Positions 52,440 to 64,000 of a DNA stretch of 64,000 bases are shown in pieces. The position numbers and the translations under genes are program-made. Positions within the stretch are counted from its first letter, which is position 1; each line of letters begins with the position of its first letter. Source of the DNA: Malacoraja senta (lineage: Eukaryota); NCBI GenBank assembly GCA_038087875.1, contig CM075989.1, forward strand, positions 16,742,001-16,806,000. Reading direction: 5' to 3'. The notes beneath the pieces were generated by a model. The model was not told the origin of the DNA and searched no databases. It was given only the letters and a program-made list of their open reading frames with translations.

Positions 52440-53065
52440 CAGAAATTTACACCTTAAACCTCTGCGCTCACCCCTCTTCCCCTGGACAGAGCATGCAGAA
52501 TTCTCCTGCTCCCTATTTTCCACCCGAACTGCCTCCATGTTTAAAATATCATCCTCTGCAATTTTAACCAGATCCAACAAGGCACCACCACCAGAAACAT
52601 GTTCCCCTATCCTCAGCATTTTGCAAGGATCACTCTCCACACAGCTCTTGGTCTGCTCTACCTTCCCAAGCAAACAGTTTCAATGTTAGGGCACTCCCAG
52701 GCCACTACAGGAGATACAACATCAGTCCTTTCACCTCTTCCTTTCCACCATCCAGGGACCGAAACAGTTGTTATAAGTGAAGCAGTGATTCACATGCACT
52801 ACTTCCAATCTAGTGTTCTACATCAGATGTCCACAATGTAATTTTCTCTTCATTTGAGAAAGCAAACACGGATCAGGTCATCGCACTGAAGAGTACATGT
52901 ATGCAGTGACCACTGTTTGACACTTTAATTCATCATCCCATTCCACATTGACCTCTCCATCTGTGGCCTCCTGCACTGTTATGATGTTTGGGGAACAATA
53001 CTCATCATCCAGCTGAGTACATTGCAGCCTACAGCAAATAACATTGAATTGTGAAATTTTAGATA
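52440..53065 (+). mobile_element. Old Penelope-like fragment
   Basis: Degenerate similarity to 6500-7140 (linker and GIY-YIG region). Confidence 0.6.
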
Positions 53066-54134
53066 GCTTGCTCTTTCTTTCCATCTCTATCAAAGCTGGT
53101 CATTTATGTCTGTTATCGTGTTCACTCAGTTTTTCCTATTCTGTTGAGATAGTCTGGTCTACCAGAAATATCATACTCCCTGAGCACCCTTCCACTTACT
53201 GTATTCCACCACAATGATGATGTTGGAGTTTAGGACAGTCAGTATAATCCTTGTGTATTAGTATAAGGACTGTTAAAGAGCAGAGAAAAAGGTATGTCTG
53301 CTTTTAGAGGGTCACAAGGATCAGCACTGGGTGTGCTATGTTAATACCTGAATATGTTTCACTTGAATGCCCTCATATTTACATGCTAATTAACATAAAC
53401 TAGGGGGTAAGGTTAACTGTGAGCAGAAAATAATATAGATGAGTAAAGTGAATAGCTGAAGGGAGTATAATGTAGGAGATAGAGCAGTTATTTACTTTGG
53501 TAGAATGATCAGAAAATCATTTTGTGTAAAGAATCTGGTAAATGGGAATTCATGATAAGCATAAAGTTATGCAGGTTTACTACCAATTAGAAAGAAACAG
53601 ATACATTGTTCTTTACTGCCAAATAATTTAGTACAACACTGAGTAAGCCTTTTGCAGTTGCACTGAAGAAAGGTCTCGACCTGAAATGTCACCCATTCCT
53701 TCTCTCCAGAGATACTGCCTCTCCCTCTGAGTTACTCCAGCATTTTGTGTCTTTCTGCGCTAAAATGGAGACAGTTTTGTCCTGCATATTCAAGAAAAAA
53801 TATACTTGTCTAGAAGCTTGCGCATCAAGATTCATTAAACTGAATCCTCAGATGAAGGACTCACCTACATGAGGTTAGATTGGATAAGGCATGTCTGTGC
53901 TCATGGAATTTGCAAGAATGAGAAGCGGTTTCATTGAAATGTAAAATATACCAAAAGCTATTCACAGCATAGATATACACCCATTGGTGTCTCTGAGGTG
54001 AGGAGACAACAACTACAAGACAGTCTCAACATAAGGAGTCATGACTGATATGTAAGAAAATTCCTTTACTCACGTACGATAGCAGACCATTGGTTTCTAA
54101 AAGACTGATAGATTTTTGGACACAATATGGAATC

Positions 54135-55740
54135 AAGAGTCAGACTTATACAACACAGAAATTGGCCTTTTGGCCCACTTTGACCATGCCAACATTTTTG
54201 TCCATCTATGGATCCCATTTGTCTGACCATATCCATCTGTGATTTGCCAATTTAAGTATCTGCCTGAATAGGTCTTAAACATAGTAATTGTATCTGATTC
54301 CACCATCTCCTCTGGTATTGTATTCCAGATATCAACCATGCTCTGTAATATAATGTACCCTTCAGATTTCCTTAATCATTCCTTCCTCTCAACTTAAACA
54401 TATGCCCACTAGTTTGTGATATCCCAACCATGGGGAAAATATTTTATCTAGCCAATCTGTGCCTCTCATAATCTTATATATTTCTGTCAGGTGACCCCCT
54501 CAGCATCCGTCGCTTCAGAAAAACAGTCCCAACCTATCCAATCTCATTCCATAACTAAAGTCCACGAATCCAAGCAACAACCTGGTAAATCTCTATACTC
54601 TCCCCAGTGCAATCACATCCTTCTTATAGCGTGGCAACTATGTTTGCACAAAATACTCCATGTGCGGCCTAACCAGTGTTTTGTAAAGTTGCAACATAGC
54701 ATCCCAACTCTATACCCCAACCTATGACAGCAAGCATGCAATCTGCTTTCTTCGCCACCCTATCTACCTGTGTTACCATTCTCAGGGAACTATGGTGCTG
54801 GTCTCCATAGTCTCTCTGTTCATTAACATTGCTTAGTGCTCCACCATTTACTGTATATGTCCTGCCTCTGTATGACTGGCTAAAATACATCACTTCGCAC
54901 TTGTCATGATTAAATTCCATCTACCAATACTCTGCCTAACTTTCTTTCTGGTCTATATCCTGCCATAGACTTTGACTACCTTCCTCACTATCTACAACAC
55001 CAGTAATTTTCATGCCATCCATACCTCTTGCACACATCCAAGTTGTTAATATATCACAGCAAAGGCTCTAGCATTGATACCCGGCGCACCACGAGTTACT
55101 GGCTTCCAATCAGAAAAATATCCTTCCATCACTATCTTCTGCCTTCTTTCACTTGTTTTGGATCCCATGTGCCTTAACCTTCTGGACCAGCCTACCATGT
55201 GAGACCTTGTCAAATGCCTAACCAAACTCTATATACACATCTACCATCCTGAAACCTTTGTTTCCACCTGAAAAACATCAAATTAGTGAGATAGGAATTC
55301 CCCTGCACACAGCCAATTTGACTATCAATCAGACAGCCTTTCCAAACCTATGTAAATGCTGTCAACCGAGAATTGTCTTCAATAATTTTCATACCACTAA
55401 TGCAAGGCTTCTCAGCTTATGTTACTTGGCTTATTCCTGCTGCCCTTCTGAAATAAAAGAACAGAACTGTCCTGTAGTCTCCATGTTCTTCGCTTGTTGT
55501 TAACAAAGATGAAAACATTTCGATCAGAACCCCAGCAATTTCCTCCCTTTCTTCCATCGCATTATGGGCTAGATCTCCTCTGGCCCTGGGTATTTATCTA
55601 CTTTTATGTGTTCCAAAGACACCTAACACTTCCACCGTCTTAATAGTTACATGCTTCCGACTGTCAATATATCCCTCCCTGAACTCACTATTCTCCACAT
55701 GCTTCTTCTGGGGGAAAAAAGGATGAGAACAATTCATTTG
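54135..55740 (-). mobile_element. Degenerate CR1 LINE fragment
   Basis: MEFNHDKCEVMYF..YTVNG..QRDYG; VDIWNTIPEEMVESDTITMFK. Confidence 0.75.
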
Positions 55741-57191
55741 GGTCAGTATGAGAATTAATCAGCAAACTGGTACATGAAAACTAACCAGGACCTCTCTGTC
55801 TCATGTTTTGTGCCATATAGAATAATGAGCAAAGAACTAGGTGCTGGAGGAACTCAGCAGGCTAGAGGGAAACATTTTGGGTCAGGATCCTTCTTCAAAC
55901 TCTGAAGACAGTCAAAAGAAGAGTGCCGACCCGACACGTCGTCTGAGAATTCACCTCCACGGATTTTGCTTGGCCACTGAGTTTCTCCACCACTTTGTTT
56001 TTCGCTCAAGATTCCAGCATTTTCAGTCTCATGTATCTCCATTAGGAATTGCATTAGGACATCAAACACAAAAGTAAAGATATTAAACTCCAACTTTATA
56101 AAACATTGGTCTGACTTCAGTTGGAATACTGCGTGAAGCTCTGATTACCATGCTGCAGGAAGGATCTGATAGTGCTGATGAGAGTGCAGGTAAGATTCAC
56201 CAGGATGTTGCCTGGAAAGGGACAGTTCAGTTGTGAGAAACTGAGAAGCAGGGTCTGCTTTCCCTGGAGTGATGAAGATTTAAAGGGAAGATGATTGAGG
56301 TACAGGTATATAAAATTATGACGGTACAGATAGGATAGACTGCAAGACACTTTTCCCCTTCTCAGAGATAGATAAAACTAGAGGACATCGGATACCGGGG
56401 AAGAGATTTAGAAGAATCAAGAGGAGGACCTTCTTCATCCAGAGAGTGGCAAGTACCCGCAATGCACTGCCTGAGAAAGTACTTGAAGGTGGGTGATTGA
56501 CGGCATTTGAAAGGTGTGAAGGCTGTGGACCAAGTGTTGGGAGTTGGGATTAATATCTAAGGATGCCCAGTGGTCAGCGGCGATTAAATATGTAGGAAAG
56601 AACTGCAGATGCTGGTTTACACCGAAGATAGACAAAAAAATGCTGGAGTAACTCAGTTGGACAGGCAGCATCTCTGGATAGAAGGAATGGGTGACATTTT
56701 GGGTCGAGATCCTTCTTCAGACTCAAGAAGACAATCTGAAGAAGGGTCTCGACCTGAAATGTCACCCATTCCTTCTATCCAGAGATGCTGCCTGTCTCGC
56801 TCAGTTACTCCAGCAATTTGTGTCTGTCGTCAGCGTGGATGAGTTGAGCCAAACAGCCTGTTTCCATGCTTTACAATTCCCTGACTCTGTGACTGTTGCT
56901 TTCAGAAATTAGCAAGGATGAGTTTTTCTCTCATCCAAGCAGTTTGTATTTTTATCACACCGTAGCTAAGAGCTAGAGATGGTTCCAATTTTAATCTCAT
57001 CTGTAAGTGCCTTCATGCCTATTTCTTCCACTCTTTAATTCATTAAAAAAAAGTTGTAAATAACTTTCATGATTTTCTATGGAGTAATGATAAATAAGTT
57101 CACTTCAAAAACAGTCAACAGAGATTTTTTAATCTATGTTGGTCACAGGTGAGGTGCCCTGGAGGACAGCAAATGTAGTACCCTTATTCAT

Positions 57192-57893
57192 TGAAACATA
57201 GAAAATAGGTGCAGGAGTAGGCCATTCGGCCCTTCGAGCCTGCACCGCCATTCAATATGATCACGGCTGATCATCCAACTCAGTATCCTGTACCTGCTTT
57301 CTCTCCATACCCCCTGATCCCTTTAGCCACAAGGGCCACATCTAACTCCCTCTTAAATATAGCCAATGAACTGGCCTCAACTACATTCTGGCAGAGAATT
57401 CCAGAGATTCACCACTCTCTGTGTAAAAAATGTTTTCTCATCTCAGTGCTAAAAGATTTCCCCTTTATCCTTAAACTGTGACCCCTTGTTCTGGACTCCC
57501 CCAACATCGGGAACAATCTTCCTGCATCTAGCCTGTCCAACCTCTTAAGAATTTTGTAAGTTTCTATAAGATCCCCCCTCAGTCTTCTACATTCCAGCGA
57601 GTACAAGCCGAGTCTCTCCAGTCTTTCCTCATATGAAAGTCCTGACATCCCAGGAATCAGTCTGGTGAACCTTCTCTGTACTCCCTGTATGGCAAGAATG
57701 TCCTTCCTCAGATTAGACCAAAACTGTACGCAATACTCCAGGTGTGGTCTCAGCAAGACCCTGTACAACTGCAGTAGAACCTCCCTGCTCCTATACTCAA
57801 ATCCTTTTGCTATGAATGCTAACATACCATTTGCTTTCTTCACTGCCTGCTGCACCTGCATGTCCACTTTCAATGACTGGTGTACCATGACAC
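57192..57893 (-). mobile_element. CR1 LINE 3' fragment (young)
   Basis: VQQAVKKANGMLAFIAKGFEYRSREVLLQLYRVLLRPHLEYCVQFWS..RRLRGDLIETYKIL. Confidence 0.93.
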
Positions 57894-60049
57894 CAAAAAG
57901 GACAGCAGAGTTAGGCCTGCAATCAATGTCAGTGCTGCGGAATTATTCGAAAAAATTCTGACGGAGAGGATTAAGTATACATCTGCAAGGGCAGGGATTA
58001 ATGAAAAATCGTCAGGATTAGTTTATTAGGAGAGATATAATGCACTGAATTTCTGAGGTAACAAAATGTTTTGATAAGGGCAATGCACTTGTGGACAGTA
58101 TAGTTTACAAGGACTCCAGTAAGGCTTTTGACAGTCGAACATGGGCAAAATCTATAGTTAATGGTAGGACCCTTAAAAGCATTGATGGACAGAGGGATCT
58201 TGGGGTCGAAGTTCATAGCTCCCTGAAAGTGGTAATACAAGTAAATCGAGGCTTATGAATGATATACCTCCCTTCATTGATCAAGGAGTTCAAGAAGCTT
58301 TGTTGTTGTTATATAAAACTTTGGTTATTCCACGTTTTGAGTATGCAGTTCTGGTCACCCCATTACAGGAGGAAGTCGAGGCTTTGGAAATGGTGCCAAA
58401 CAGGTTTATCACAATGGTGCTTGGATAACAGGGTTATAGATATGAGAGTTTGGACAAACTTAGATTGTTTCCTCTGGAATGTTGGAGGTTGAGGGGCATA
58501 GTTTTAAGGTCAGAGGGGGGAAGTTTAAAGCAGGTGTGCGGGGCAGTTTTTTTTCCAGAATGGAGAGTGCTTGAAATGCACTGCTAAGGGGCAGATCTAG
58601 AAGCAGATAGGATAATGGTTACCACGAGGCTTTTGGGTAGGCATATGGATATGTAGGGATATGGCAAGTTGGCAAATTGGATCCAAAAATTTCATTGACA
58701 GGGTGATGTTGGATTGCTTTTGAGATTGGAAAACTACGACCAGTAATGTACGATGTGGATCGATGCTGGGTCCTTTGTGATTGTTATATTGTGTGAATAT
58801 GGATGTAAAAGGTATAGTGACACAATGACACACAAATTGTTGTTGATGTTTTTGAGGATAGTCAAGATCTACAAGATATTGATTAATAGGTCCAATTGTC
58901 AGCACAATGGTAGATGGAAATTCTTCCTAATAAATGAAAGATAATGCATTTTGGGAAGATTAATAAGAGAAGAACATATACAATGAACAGAGGGAGCTAT
59001 GTTTACAAGTCCAGACATCACTGAAGATGACAGCATAAGTTGGTAAGGTGGGAAAAATATCATACAAGATACTTGCTTTCAAAGGCTAGAGCAAAGAAAA
59101 GAACATGGACAATATGGTACAACTTTCTAAAACACCAGATAGGCCACACAGCTGGATATTGTGTACAGTTCTGTCCACTGCAATACAAGAGGGACATAAC
59201 TGCACATGAGGCAGCAGATGAGATTCATCATGTTGCCTGACATGGAGCATTTCAGGTGTGATGAGAGATTAGATAGGCTGGATGTGTTTTCCTTAGAGCA
59301 GAGGAGGCTGTGAGAACCTGATTGAGGTACCGAAAATGATGAGGCGCTTAGATTGTAGACGCTGAGGTTAAGAGGTTTAGTGGGAATCTCACGAAGAACC
59401 ACCAGTGGATGGAATCTGGAACACACTGCCAGAGTGGTAGAAGCATAGTGGTAGACTCACAGAACCTTTATGCAATATTCAGTCAAGCACTTGAATCAAC
59501 AAGGCCAGATTATAGACCAAGAAATTAGAAATTCGTTTAGTATGGACAGATACTTGCTAACTGGCAGAGGCATGGTAGATATTTTTTGTTCTGTACCACT
59601 ATGATATAAATATTACAGCATTTAATGTACTGCAGGCTATACATTTCACACTTTCAATACAGCACCCGACTGAAACCACTGTACCTGCTGTTCCCAGGAT
59701 TAACACTTAGTTTTTTTATATAAATAAAAAGTCCACCCAATTATCTTTAATCACATTGAACTAATGGCAAAGCTCGAGGGCTCAACACTTTGTACTCTTT
59801 GTTATTATCTCCGTAAATACCACTCTTCAAGGGAACCTTGACCTTGGTAAACCTGCACTTAGTTCCGGTTGGAAGCCACCACCCCAATGCTTCTGCTCTT
59901 GGACCAAACATCCCTCCCAACATGCCACAGAGAACAGGTGCAGCAGACCCGATACTCGCACACCCCCCCCCCCCCCCCCCCCGCAGTCACAATGTTGTTT
60001 CGATGCCAAGTTTTACTTGAGAGTTGGAATTTCCGACTAGTCAAGTCGA

Positions 60050-60840
60050 CTCTATCCGGGGCCGCGCGCCCTCACAAACGTGTGGGCAAATCCAGCCCGG
60101 GGTCATGGTTATAGGGGTCGCGCGTGCACCGAGCATTGCCCGTGTAGTCTGAACCTTCTCCCCCTCCCCCACTCTCCTCAAACCCGACCATGAAGCGAAT
60201 GCGGCCCCAGAGCCTGGCCTGGCCTGGCCCAGCCCCGGGCACGTCAACACCCCATGACTGGTCACGGCTTAACTCTTCCCTCAACCTAACTCGCTGGCGT
60301 GGAAACCCCCGCCTCCTTGATGGCCAACGGTTCCCATTGGCCAGGACGCTGCCAATCTGCCCCGGCCACAGATCCGATTGGTCGAGGTCCCCGTCAATAA
60401 CAAACCCCGCCCCTCCACCCTGGGCCCGCCCCCCTCCGTGTCGGCACTTCCGGCAGCGAGTTGGGTTGAGTGGGAGCGGCCAGCGCCTGACGGCACCCAA
60501 GAGAAAGATAATGGAGCCAAGAAACCCCCCCCCCCCCCCCCCCCATCGCCAACAGTGCCCGCGGGGCTAGCAGGTCCAAAACATCCCTCTTGCAGGAAAA
60601 AAAAAATCTGACTGGAGGAATTCCGCGATGACAGCGAAACCTACCTCTTTAAACAAAATAAGAGAAAGAAAAGGAGCGAGCGGCCGGCCTGTGTGCGCCC
60701 GCCCGCCCGGCCCTGTTTACACGGACAAAGCGGCCCGCTTGGCTGCCCCTGACGTCACGCGGCCGCCCGGCTCCCGTTGGCTGTCCGCCTGCAGGTGGCG
60801 CGCGGCCCTCCGCGCCTGTCAGTCACGCACAGCACCGGCT
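60050..60840 (-). promoter_or_regulatory. ZFAND6: CpG island: ZFAND6 promoter and probable non-coding first exon (donor AG/GTAGGT, exon end 60645)
   Basis: High GC/CpG; CRE TGACGTCA 60750-60757; TGTTTAC 60714-60720; GC boxes; CCAAT boxes at ~60336-60380; ETS-type CACTTCCGG at ~60445. Confidence 0.8.
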
Positions 60841-60849
60841 TTGCAGCCT

Positions 60850-62840
60850 GGTTTCTGCAAACATCAACCATCATCTGCTGCCCCTTCTTCACCCATCCTC
60901 CAGAGATGCTGCCTGGCCCGCTGAGTTACATTTTGTTTAAACCAGCATCTGCAGTTCCTTCCTACACATTCCGTCTGCAGTTACTCCTTCACCCATTCCC
61001 TCTCTCTAGAGATGCTTCCTGTCCCGCTAAGTTACTCCAGCATTTTGTGTCGATCCATGGTTTAAACCAGCATCTGCAGCTGTTTATTCACCTATTCCCT
61101 CTTTCCAGAGATGCTGCCTGGCCCGCTGAGTTACTCCAACATTTTGTGTCTATCTTCTATCAATCACAGATAGAATGAGAGATATAGACGATGATGTAGA
61201 GAGATTTTGAACAATGAATGGAAGATATGCAAAAAAGTAACAATGATAAAGGAAACGGGCCATTGTTAGCTGTTTGCTAGACGATAACGAAAACCTGGTG
61301 TGACTTACACCATCAACCAGCATCTGCAGTTCCTTCACCAATTGCCACCCTCCAGAGATGCTGCCTGTCCTGCTGTGTTACTCCAGCATTTTGTGTCTAC
61401 TATCAGTCGCACCACCGGCTTGCAGTCTGGGTTTCCCAAAGATAAACCATCAACTAGCATTTCTCTAACTTCTAGTACCCCTTGCATTCCTCTCTATCCA
61501 TCCCTCTCCCACTCAAGTCGTATCAGCATCAAACTCATCTTGTTGTGCCTCATTGTCGGTATTCGTTCTCACTTTGGCCACAGCTAACAATGGCCTGTTG
61601 CCTTTATCATCGTTCATTTTTTGCATATCTTTCATTAATTTGTTCAATATCTCTCTACATCACTGTCTTTATCTCTCATTTCCTTGTTCCCTAACTATCT
61701 GAAGAAGGGTCTCGACCTGAAACGTCACCCATTCCTTCTATCCAGAGGTACTGCCTGTCCTGTTGAGTTACTCCAGCATTTTGTGTCTATCTCCGGTTTA
61801 AACCAGCATCTGCAGTTCCTACCTACAACATCTGCAGTTGTTCCAACACATTTCATCTATAGTTCCTTCTTCACCTATTCCTTCTCTCCAGAGATGCTGC
61901 ATTGCTGCCTGCCCTGCTGAGTTACTCCAACATTTTGTGTCTACTATCAATCACGCCACCGGCTTCCAACCTGGCTTTTCCAAACATGAAGGATTGGATA
62001 AGCTAGGATTGTTGTCTTCAGAACAGAAACCGTGGAGAGACTTAACGTGTATACAGTCATAAGGGGTCCAGACAAATTAAGTAGGAAAAACCCAATTCTG
62101 TTACCAGAGAGATCAAAAACTAGTAGCCGAGACTGGGCAACAGATTGGAGGGGATCTGCAGATATGGAGTAGACATTCAGGACTGAGCTGAGGACGTCAG
62201 CCTGTCAGTCACACACCGCCTGTCAGTCAAACACCGCCTGTCAATCATGCTGAAGAAGGGTCTCGACCCGAAACATCTCCCATTCCTTCTCTCCAGAGAT
62301 GCCCGACCCGCTGAGTTACTCCAGCATTTTGTGCGTATCTTCTATCAATCACGGCACCAGCTATCAGCCTTGCTTTTCCAAACATAAAACTTTTCTTGTG
62401 TAAGAAGGAACTGCAAATGCTGGTTTACACCGAAGACAGACACAAAATGCTGGAGTAACTCAGCGGGAGAGGCAGCATCTCTGGAAAGACCCTTCACCCA
62501 TTTCTCTCTCTAGAGATGCTGCCTGTCCTGCTAAGTTACTCCAGCATTTTGTGTCTATCTTTGGTGTAAACCAGCATCTGCAGTTCCTTTTTTTTCCCTC
62601 AAAAGATTTTCAAAAATTATAAATATTATTCCTTGGCCTCTGCTGCATCAAACAAACAATTTAAGATGCCGACTATGACAGTAGCTGAGATTATGAATTT
62701 GTTTTATATAATTCAATATTATTAAATATAATTGAAATTGAGATTATGAGTCTGAAGGAGGGTCCCGACTCAAAACGTCACATCCATGTTCTCTGGAGAT
62801 GCTGCCTGACCCGCTTAGTTACTCCAGCAATTTGTGCCTT
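60850..62840. repeat. Dense cluster of tandem and inverted Penelope-derived short repeats upstream of the promoter
   Basis: At least 8 copies of CCAGAGATGCTGCCTG..GAGTTACTCCAGCATTTTGTGTC. Confidence 0.85.
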
Positions 62841-63233
62841 TCACTCAGATTATGTGTTTTAATGGCAAGATCACTTTCCTACCCATTGACTGCTTTCTTC
62901 ATTCTCTGTGGTGAGCTCTCACTATTTTTAAGCTTACATATTTAATAGTGTAATGTCCAAAATGTTTTTCATCCTCTTTTTGCACTAACCATCGCAATAC
63001 CAATACCAATTCTATCAAATAGCTAGAACTTGGTGATAAATTAGGTTGTGAACCTTCAGGGGTTGTCCAATTCTCTGCAGGAATCAAAGTGACTCATGAC
63101 TCAACTCATTGCATGATTTATGACTCAATTCATCGCATGAACATTATGATTGGCAAATGATTTTCAAAGGTTTGCGAGAATATTTGTATTTAAGAAGATT
63201 TTTCTACAATCCATTATGATATCTAGAATCAAT

Positions 63234-64000
63234 TATTGTCACCAAGCCAACAAAAGCTACCGATTCTGGGGTCCTCCCCTTTTTCCATGATGTCACCCAT
63301 TATCAGGAGCGCTATGCTCTCATAACCAAATTGCCTGCTCAAGGCCCATGGAATTCCAACCAAACTCATAAGCTGATAATCGTATGTGGTTTGTAGTGTG
63401 CTCTACTTTTTTTTTTTTTTGAAATTATTTTTTATTGGAGGTAAGTACATATATTAAAATCGATACCAGTCTTACATTTTTAAATTACTAATATCGTCCA
63501 TTATTATTACAATGTCTCCAATACTTTAAAAAAAAATTTTTTTTTAACTAAATAGAACTAAAAAGATAGATGAAATAAGGAAAGAAAGAGAAAAAAGAGA
63601 AGAAACAAAAAAAAAAGAAACAAAAACAAAACAAAAAACAAAAACATATTGTCACCAAGCCAACAAAAGCTACCGATTCTGGGGTCTTTCTCCCCTTTTT
63701 CCATGATGTCACCCATTATCAGGAGCGCTATGCTCTCATAACCAAATTGCCTGCTCAAGGCCCATGGAATTCCAACCAAACTCATAAGCTGATAATCGTA
63801 TGTGGTTTGTAGTGTGTGCTCTACTTTTTTTTTTTTTTTTAATTATTTTTTATTGGAGGTAAGTACATATATTAAAATCGATACCAGTCTTACATTTTTA
63901 AATTACTAATATCGTCCATTATTATTACAATGTCTCCAATACTTTTTTAAATTTTTTTTTTTAACTAAATAGAACTAAAAAGATAGATGAAATAAGGAAA
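63234..64000. repeat. ~413-bp near-perfect tandem duplication containing a minus-strand L1 3' end
   Basis: Units start TATTGTCACCAAGCC at 63234 and 63647; the polyT-headed segment matches the reverse complement of the 12770-12950 L1 3'UTR. Confidence 0.9.

Noticed and set aside
60041..60924. Several overlapping 70-140 aa ORFs
   Set aside because: Stop-poor CpG island; no recognisable protein or coding splice pattern.
60850..62840. Regularly recurring repeat resembling a CRISPR array
   Set aside because: Eukaryotic dispersed repeat with variable unit length and orientation; no unique spacers and no cas genes.

Overview
Vertebrate genomic DNA, most likely a cartilaginous fish (skate/ray/shark), inferred from V-SINE/HE1-like SINEs and CR1/HER1-like LINEs. 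Two spliced minus-strand genes lie in the same tandem order as in human. ZFAND6 has its CpG-island promoter at about 60.0-60.8 kb and five coding exons from 45308 down to 17020 (211 aa), plus a candidate extra 240-nt in-frame exon. FAH exons 1-5 run from 10572 down to 1773, and the gene continues off the left edge. The introns are packed with mobile elements: an internally deleted Ty3/gypsy element, a complete DIRS1-type element inserted into a SINE, a Harbinger-like MITE nested in a TIR element, an L1 3' end with TSD, Penelope-like (GIY-YIG) remnants, CR1 fragments and SINEs. Two results stand out, both read by hand from the sequence and untested. (1) A ~136-bp TSD-flanked retroposon (13287-13422; damaged second copy 8172-8300) begins with 54 nt that fold into a CPEB3/HDV-like self-cleaving ribozyme. 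(2) An abundant Penelope-derived short repeat carries a minimal hammerhead ribozyme core, often in inverted pairs.
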